NCBI GenBank assembly: GCA_951406725.2
Contig: OX597820.1
Coordinates: 74,338,001-74,402,000, forward strand
Direction of reading: 5' to 3'
Source of the DNA: Octopus vulgaris
Taxonomy: Eukaryota
Length of the DNA: 64,000 nt
The notes beneath the pieces are model-generated. The model was not told the DNA's origin. It worked only from the letters and a program-made list of their open reading frames with translations, and did no database searches. Positions 56,471-64,000 of the stretch are shown here, in pieces; position 1 is the first letter of the stretch, and the number at the start of each line of letters is the position of its first letter. A program made the translations under genes and the position numbers.

Positions 56471-56879
56471 CCTTAATATTGATGATGATGATGATGATGA
56501 TGATGATGACGACAATAATAATAATAGTAACAACAACAACAACAACAATAATAATAATAATAATAATAATAATAATTATAATAATACACAAAACAGAAGT
56601 GAGAGAGAAGGGGAACACAGAAGAGTTTAGTCGTTTAAACATAGAAATTTAAATATTTCCTAAAACAGGGCTGTTCCTGCTGTGAGAGAGTAAAGAAAGA
56701 AAAAGAAATGGATGATTTCAATTTTCTCGAAGAAGCTGCAGTTATTTCTATCCCAGTTCAGAGTTAGCTGAATTGAGTCAGCCTGGAAATTCGCAAGAGG
56801 TAAAAATATATATCGCCAACAGGGGAAGATACTGCTGTGTTGTGTGAGGAGATATATAACGGGAAAAAGTACATGCCTG

Positions 56880-57350
56880 AAAGAGAATGAGAAAGAGAGG
56901 GGCAGAGTGCAGAGAGGAAGAGAGAGAGAGAAAGAGAAAGAGAGACAAGAAGGGAGACAGAGGATGAAGAGAGAGAGAGAAAGAGAGACGGGAAGGAAGA
57001 GAGAGGAGAAAGAGAGAGAGAGAGAAAGAGAGAATAGTAAGAGAGAAGGGGAGAGAAGAAGAGAGAGGGAGACAGAAAGAGAAAGAGAGAGAGGGGAAAA
57101 GAGAGAGAGAGAAAGAGAGATAGGAGGGAGAGAGAGAGAAAGAAAGGGAAAGACAGACAGAGGGAGAGAGAGGGATAGAAAGAGGGAAAGGGAGAGGGGT
57201 GGAAGAGAAATAGAGAGAGGATGAAAGGGAGAGAGAAATAGAGAGAGAGAGGCAGACAGCCGGCCGGACAGATAGACAGAAGGAGAGAGAGAGAGGATGG
57301 GAGAGGGAGAAAGAAAGGGCGAGGGAGAGAAAGAGGAAGGGAGAGAGAGC
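56880..57350. repeat. Polypurine (GA-rich) low-complexity tract
   Basis: Directly visible. Confidence 0.95.
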
Positions 57351-57825
57351 AACAGAATTTAGTAGTTTAAAAATGTCAGTCACTAATTGATGCTCGGAGA
57401 CCCGACATTGTTGTAGTGGATATTAGGAGGAAGGAAGCCAATATTATATGTTATTCCTGGGAGCGCACGCGTAGGAGACAAATTGTTGCAAAAGGTGAAA
57501 AAAATAAAAGTTCCTAAAAGACGAAATTGCAAGAATGTGAGTAATGAGGAGAGTAAGTGACATCCCCGTAGTTGTAGGGGCACTCTGAACCCTAACAACC
57601 AAGTTCGAGAAATATGTTGGAAAAATTGGAATTGGCGTGAGATGTTCAAAAATTTGCTCTATTGGCGAAAACGAGGATTTTGAGATTGGTACTTGTGTGT
57701 TAAGTATCGCAGAAAAAGATCCTGTGATAGCTTTGACAACAGGTTGATGTCCGATCTCACAGAATTAATCAGAGCAAATAAAATTGAGTGCTTTGAGAAG
57801 TGAAAAGTGAAATGGAAAAAATAAA

Positions 57826-58165
57826 TGGGGGAGCATCATAGCCATGTGTTGAGAGGAATTCTTTTGGGTTTGGATAATTAACTTCTGGAAACAGGTGTTT
57901 CATTTAACATTCTTAGCCGACCGTTATTCAGGTACCTTCTGAGCAGGATGGTCTACTCGACATGAAGAAAATTCTAACTGGGTCTCAACTGCAAGGTCGT
58001 GTGCTGTTTGTCTTGATGTGAGATCACCATGTTGCACACACATGGTTGTGATGCATGTGCCTGGTGTACCCTTATCAGACGGGTAGTCATTATGAGTATA
58101 CTGGGCGTCGTATATTTTACCCCAGTGTCACTTTGATGGCATGCACTGCTCTCTCACTCAATAAT
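57826..58165 (+). mobile_element. Second copy of the (TAA)n-tailed repeat at 27754-28290
   Basis: Colinear homology by eye. Confidence 0.8.
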
Positions 58166-58273
58166 AATGATGATGATGATACATACATACATACATACAT
58201 ACATACATGCATAGGAGAGTATTGCAGTTCGCTTGAGGTATATTGTAATGTATAATTTTTGTAAATAATAATG

Positions 58274-58341
<68 letters not shown>

Positions 58342-58344
<3 letters not shown>

Positions 58345-58650
58345 GATCTGGAAAAAGTGGTAACTCGAGTGTGGAATCTAAAATCATAAACAATCCCTAT
58401 CATAGTAGTCGCATTAGGTATCATAAAAATATTCAGACAAATACATAACAAAAACACCAGGACTTACAAATATATATAACATACAGAAAATTGCACTACT
58501 GGGCACTGCACACATCCTACACAAAACACTTTCAATACAGTAACCATCAGAGCATCACAACAAATCACAGCACATACCCAAGGCACACAAAGCTGCGCTC
58601 GGTAGTGAAGTGAAAGCACGCTATAAAAATAAAACTATTGAATGATAATA
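58342..58650 (+). mobile_element. R4/Dong-type LINE 3' fragment in (TAA)n
   Basis: KDLE..VWNLK..TIPIIVVALGIIK..IQKIALLGTAHILHKTLSIQ*. Confidence 0.85.
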
Positions 58651-58659
58651 ATAATAATA

Positions 58660-58948
58660 TTAAGTGCGTTGGGAATCATAAAGAAGGGAGCTGAGAAGTA
58701 TATTAAGCAACTCCCTGGTAACGCCAATCTCCATGAACTACAAAAGATAACCTTGATGGGTGCAGCCCATATACTATGGAAAGCACTCTCCATCTAATAT
58801 GGAATAAATGTGGTGATAATTTTAGAATGCATAGCAAAACAAAAGTGCCCTTGCTACTCTTGACCTCTGGACGATACCTGGTACTAAGGCAGCTGTAATA
58901 AAATTATAATGAAAGGAAACCATAAATGATAATAATAGTAATAATAAT
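58660..58948 (+). mobile_element. R4/Dong-type LINE 3' fragment, second subfamily
   Basis: ALGIIKKGAEKYIKQLPGNANLHELQKITLMGAAHILWKALSI*; AAT repeats on both sides. Confidence 0.85.
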
Positions 58949-58949
58949 C

Positions 58950-59945
58950 CGTTTTACAATAGGCACAAGGCCTGAAATTTTGGGGGAGGTCAGTCAATTC
59001 CCGAAAGGATGAAAGACAAAGTCGACCTCGGTGGAATTGAACTCGGAACGTAGCAACGGGAGAAATATCATTAATAATAATAATTTCTGTGATAGGTACA
59101 AGGATTGAAATTTGGGTAAAGAGGACAGTCGATTACATCGATCCCGATGTTCAACAGGTACTTAAAATTATCGACCCCGAAAGGATGAAAGGCAAAGTCG
59201 ACTTTGGCAGAATTTGAACTTAGAACGTTAAAACGGACGAAATGCCGGTTAGCATTTTGCCCGGCGTGCTAACGTTTCTTATTTCTTTACTGCCCACAAG
59301 TGGCTACACACAGAGGGGACAAACAAGGACAGACAAACAGATTAGAGTCGATTATATCGACCCCAGTGCGTAACTGGTACTTATTTAATCGACCCCGAAA
59401 GGATGAAAGGTAAAGTCGACCTCGGCGGAATTTGAGCTCAGAACGTAGCGCAGACGAAATACCTATTTCTTTATCACCCACAAGGGGCTAAACATAGAGG
59501 GGACAAACAAGGACAGACAAAAGTATTAAGTCGATTATATCGACCCCAGTGCGTAACTGGTACTTAATTTATCGACCCAGAAAGGATGAAAGGCAAAGTC
59601 AACCTCGGCGGAATTTGAACTCAGAACGTAGCGGCAGACGAAATACCGCTAACCATTTCGCCCGGCGTGCTAACGACTCTGCTAGCTCGCTGCCCTTAAA
59701 GACAGAAGAAATACCTATTTCTTTACTACCCACTAGGGGCTAAACACAGAGGGGACAAACAAGGACAGACAAAAGTATTAAGTCGATTATATCGACCCCA
59801 GTGCGTAACTGGTACTTATTTAACCGACCCCGAAAGGATGAAAAGCAAAGTCGACCTCGGCGGAATTTGAACACAGAACGTAGCGGCAGACGAAATACCG
59901 GTAAACATTTCGCCCGGCGTGCTATCGTTTCCGCCGCTCGTCGCG
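58950..59945 (-). mobile_element. SINE family A tandem cluster (five core units)
   Basis: gaaaggatgaaa cores at about 59003, 59179, 59397, 59580 and 59832. Confidence 0.9.
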
Positions 59946-62898
59946 TTATAAGAAATGATAATAATAAGCAAATAAACAAATGAATGTTGTTTATCCAGTA
60001 TTTTGCATGAAGTGTTTAGGTGCTTACTTCAAAAAGTGCCAGTTAGTAGACAGCAACAGTAGCACATCGTGTGTCATCTTCTTTAAATCTCCATTATAAT
60101 CCATACTGTCATGGAAATACCACTCAAACACAACCTTTTTTTTTTTTGCTCTCACAATGATATTGTTAGTTTATTTGTTTGTTTTGCTACTAGCTACTAA
60201 TACGAAGCCCAGTTTGTCCCCACCCCACTTTTTTTTTTACCTTCTTTTCTTCCGTACACTTTTCTCTAGGGTTTCCTTTAAGGCTGGATGGACATTGTTT
60301 GAGATCCTATATTGTAGCTTGTCACCGTTTTTGTCATTCAATTTGAAATCTGTCATTTTATACACCCTGCTTGCTGTTCCTAGGAGAAAAGTAGGCTGCT
60401 CCATTTTTTATATATTTATTTTTTTATAACCCTACCTTTTTTTTTGCTTATATTTTTTTTTATTCATTACAGTTCTCATTACTTTATAATATTTCAAGAT
60501 CCACCGATGATTCATGTATATAGCGATATCATTAATCATCTAATAATTCAATCAATAAGTATGGTTAGAGAATAGATGTTAGTTTTACTGTTTACAACTA
60601 ACTACGAAAATTTAATCCGTGGAGCAGCTGGTCTTAATACTCCGCGTGTTCAATTTCCAAAAGCCTGCGGTAAGCCTGTCCTTTAGAGGATAAAATTAGA
60701 TAAACACACGGGAATAAAAGAATATCTTCTACTGTCAATGTAACAAAAATTCTGTTACCATAGAAACCGCACTAATTTCTTTTTCATTTAATTCTCGTTA
60801 GCTGACCGGTAACTCAGAGGTAAGCTCGCAGCCAACCGAGTTGCTTTCGTTAATGGTTTATGCTGGTTCATATTTAGCTCTATCACTAAAGACAAACGGA
60901 AATCGTGAATACTACAGCATCTAGCTTTTACTTTCTTAGGAAATGTAATATTTTGCGCTTATCTATATCTTGTATTTTATTAACGATATCAAGAAAATTT
61001 TGAAGATCGCATTAAACCATTTCTGCTTTTCTCAAAAATACCACTGTTTTATACACATGGCGTGCCCTGGTGGATAGTTATATTAAGGGAGATAATAATT
61101 TATAGATAAATCTTGGCGGGATTAGAAGCTTGGATACGTGGTGTTTTATTATTTTGTAATAAATCGATATTTCACTGAATACCGTTGTTCTCAAATCGAT
61201 AGAATATTTCTATCTGGAATCAATGCAATATGCTGTAATAGCCAATACCAAGAGTAGGAATGTGATATTTTATTGAAATTTACTCTCACATTTCTTGATA
61301 AGGTGTTTGTGTGTATATGTGTATATATATATATATACACTCACACACATACACACATATACACATATATACAAAGGCATATGCAAAGACATGCATGCCT
61401 ATACACATCAACATACACGTTAATGTATGTGTGTGTAAGTGCCCGCATGTGTGACTGTGTGTGTGCGCGCGGGTGTGATTGTGCGTGTGCGCGCGTGTGT
61501 TGCATGTGTGGATATGTTAGCGGTATATCAGATAACAATTTTTATAAGGTATACGTGTTTTGATAAGTGTGCAAGCAAAGCAAATATGCAGAAAACTGAA
61601 TGTTAAGCCTATAAAGATAACACATTTCATTATTAATTACGAGAGCTTGTTACCTCAACAGCTTTATTTAGTTGATATCCATATTTAAATTTATGTATAT
61701 TAAGTGACAAAACCGATAGGCGTAATGCTTTTACATTATTTAGCTTCTTGCCTGTAGAATTGTGGATTAAATTCTGATTCGGATGAAAACAATGACAAGC
61801 GTTGTTTTCCTCAAATTTTAGCATGAACTATCGAAGAGGGAAGCGCTACGTAAGCGAGAAAAATTGTTAGAAGCAACAGTCAAATCTCCCTTAAATCACG
61901 CTCTAGTTTCTAAATGAGCGACCCTGGGGGGTTTCTACGTGTTTGCTCGTTCCACAACATACAGCAGCTAAAATATCTCTCAAAGCATACTTTATTGCTT
62001 GAAGCCAATGAGAAACTGTCTACGTGATCGTTTCCTCTACTAGAAAGAACGGCTAAATATCCTTCAAATTATACTCTTTCGTCTTAAAAAGAAAGATATA
62101 TACAAATTAGATAACGTAGAAATAATAGCGCCAAAAATGTGATTTTCACGGCTGGATGATTTTGATAATAGATCTTCACTTTGGGAGTTGGAGTTGGTAC
62201 TAACATGCAACAGTTAATAAATAATGCAAAAGTGGAAACACGTTTCTTTGGGAGTGTCCTGACTAGTTTCATCTCTATTCGGAGAGTCAACAGTCAACAA
62301 ATTACCCTTATTTTTTATCTACAGATAAAGCATTCATCTCCACGTTACCTAAGTTTATCGAAGAGTAAGCCTCTTGTTGGTACACACCGGCACTAATGTA
62401 ATCATTGTTGTTGCTGTCAAAAGACAAATAATCAGAACATATACCACGAGGATACTTCTCAGACTTTCTGACATTTCTGCTAATTAAGACCCCGCTCTGG
62501 ATTGATATTTTTTTTATCGACTCTCGATACGATGAAAAGCGAAGTTGACCTCGATAGAATTCAGATTCAGAGCGCAGCGACCCAGAGAATATATCGCATT
62601 GTGTATGATTTTAAGGACTCGGCCTACATTACAATTTTAGTATCCCCACAAAATGAAATCATGTGAAACCAAATGCAATCAATTCGTCAAAGAATTGTCT
62701 TGACTGTGAATAGGCATGTCTATGCTTAAGAAAATGTATTTTGTTTCATTTGTCTGTTTGAAGGAAGGAGACCCAACAAGAAAACACTATACCCACCCAT
62801 GACCAGCACTCATGTAAAACGCAGAAATTGTTTCAGTTTCTTGGTTTCATTACCATCAAAAATCTCAACTGGCAAATCTCAACTCCCCGTTCCGATCA

Positions 62899-62936
<38 letters not shown>

Positions 62937-63284
62937 ATCGTATGTTCCCTCAACCCCATTCCCAAACACTGCACTAATCACTCCACACAGTCCATCCTTC
63001 TCGGAATAGCAGCTGACTAGAATTCCCTCCCTCCTCATGACTTACAGTCTCACCCATCTAGGAGAGCCCGCAGAAGCCATGGAAACTGCTTCTTCATCGA
63101 AACCCATTATTGGAAGCAAAATGTCAGCACGATGTTTTAATTGTGCAGGAAAGAATCGGTTTTCTGTGGTCCGCTTCTGTTTACTGATTATGGAGTATTT
63201 TAAGAAAGGCATGAATTTCATAAATCCTACTTTTACTTCTCTTTTAAACACGAGGTTCAGTTTCTTTGAGAAAATATTGGATTC

Positions 63285-63465
63285 AAATTTTGGCACAAGG
63301 CCAGCAATTTCGGAAAAGGGAGAAATCGATTACATCAGATCCAGTGCTCAACTGGTATTTATGATATCGACCCCGAAAGAATACAAGGAATTTGAAATCA
63401 GAACGCAAAGACGAACGAAATGCCGCTAAATATTTTGCTCGGCGTGCTAACGATTCTGACAGTTC
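63285..63465 (-). mobile_element. SINE family A copy (internally deleted)
   Basis: ggcacaaggccagcaattt..tcgaccccgaaag..ggcgtgctaacgattctg. Confidence 0.75.
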
Positions 63466-64000
63466 TGTGGGAAAATATTAAATTCTGAGGGAAAATATTA
63501 AATTATCATGTATATTGGAGTTTCAAATCAATTAAAATTACGTTGGGAAAAGTAGGCCGTCTTTTATAATGCCAGAAAAAAGAAACAGAACAGACAAACA
63601 AAAAACAAAACTAAGATAATCATAGTAGGAACACCTTTGATCATAGATGATCTGGGGGCTTAAACGGCAATAACAACAATGACGATAGCAACAGCAACAG
63701 CAGCAACAACGTCAACATCAACGGCATTAGCAGCTGTAATACCAAGGACAAAAATGATCGACATGGGGATACTGGAGAAGATTAAATTAACTTTAGTATT
63801 AGCCTGGATATTCGTAGTCAAATACCGATGCAATATCAGAAATCAATACGGCGCAGACGGACAATAACAAAAGATATTTAAAATACAAGTCGGCTTTGAT
63901 CAAGCGAAACTATAATTAAAACATCACAGCCAGGACCATAACATCTTATTTGCAGACAACCTATCCAAGATTACATAATCCCGTCCTCATTTAGGATTAA

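Noticed and set aside
58950-59945. Regularly repeated units resembling a CRISPR array
   Set aside because: The units are full SINE copies without unique spacers; eukaryotic context and no cas genes.
61845-62085. Three diverged ~90-bp units (cagctaaat..ctcaaa motif, also near 21900, 39180, 44740)
   Set aside because: Looks like fragments of a common decayed dispersed repeat; could not be classified or given structure.

Overview
AT-rich eukaryotic intergenic or intronic DNA. It is very dense in microsatellites ((TA)n, (CA)n, (TATC)n, (ATAC)n, (TAA)n, (TTC)n) and in tRNA-derived SINEs whose sequence I recall from octopus genomes (coleoid cephalopod origin is an inference). No host protein-coding gene can be called with confidence, and most ORF-track entries are translations of microsatellites. 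Recognisable coding remnants are all decayed transposons: Tx1-clade LINE pieces sitting in (TATC)n, R4/Dong-type LINE pieces sitting in (TAA)n, RTE LINE pieces (one with a 5' inversion), two mariner fragments, a Tc1/mariner deletion derivative, a Tigger/pogo element and two near-identical non-autonomous Helitrons. The most notable signal is about a dozen type I hammerhead ribozyme motifs (four with an intact core and good stem I, the rest decayed or partial). They sit in short non-coding elements, mostly embedded in (TA)n tracts. One element is a 1.2-mer of a 509-bp unit with ~100-bp terminal direct repeats, and a homologous one is bounded by 16-bp inverted repeats. This resembles Penelope-like pLTR derivatives or non-LTR retrozymes. 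Other observations: three long fold-back palindromes, a SINE tail that matches the Tx1 3' end, SINE head-to-tail multimers, and a 30-bp minisatellite with a codon-like pattern. All alignments and folds were done by eye; coordinates are approximate to a few bases unless motif-anchored.
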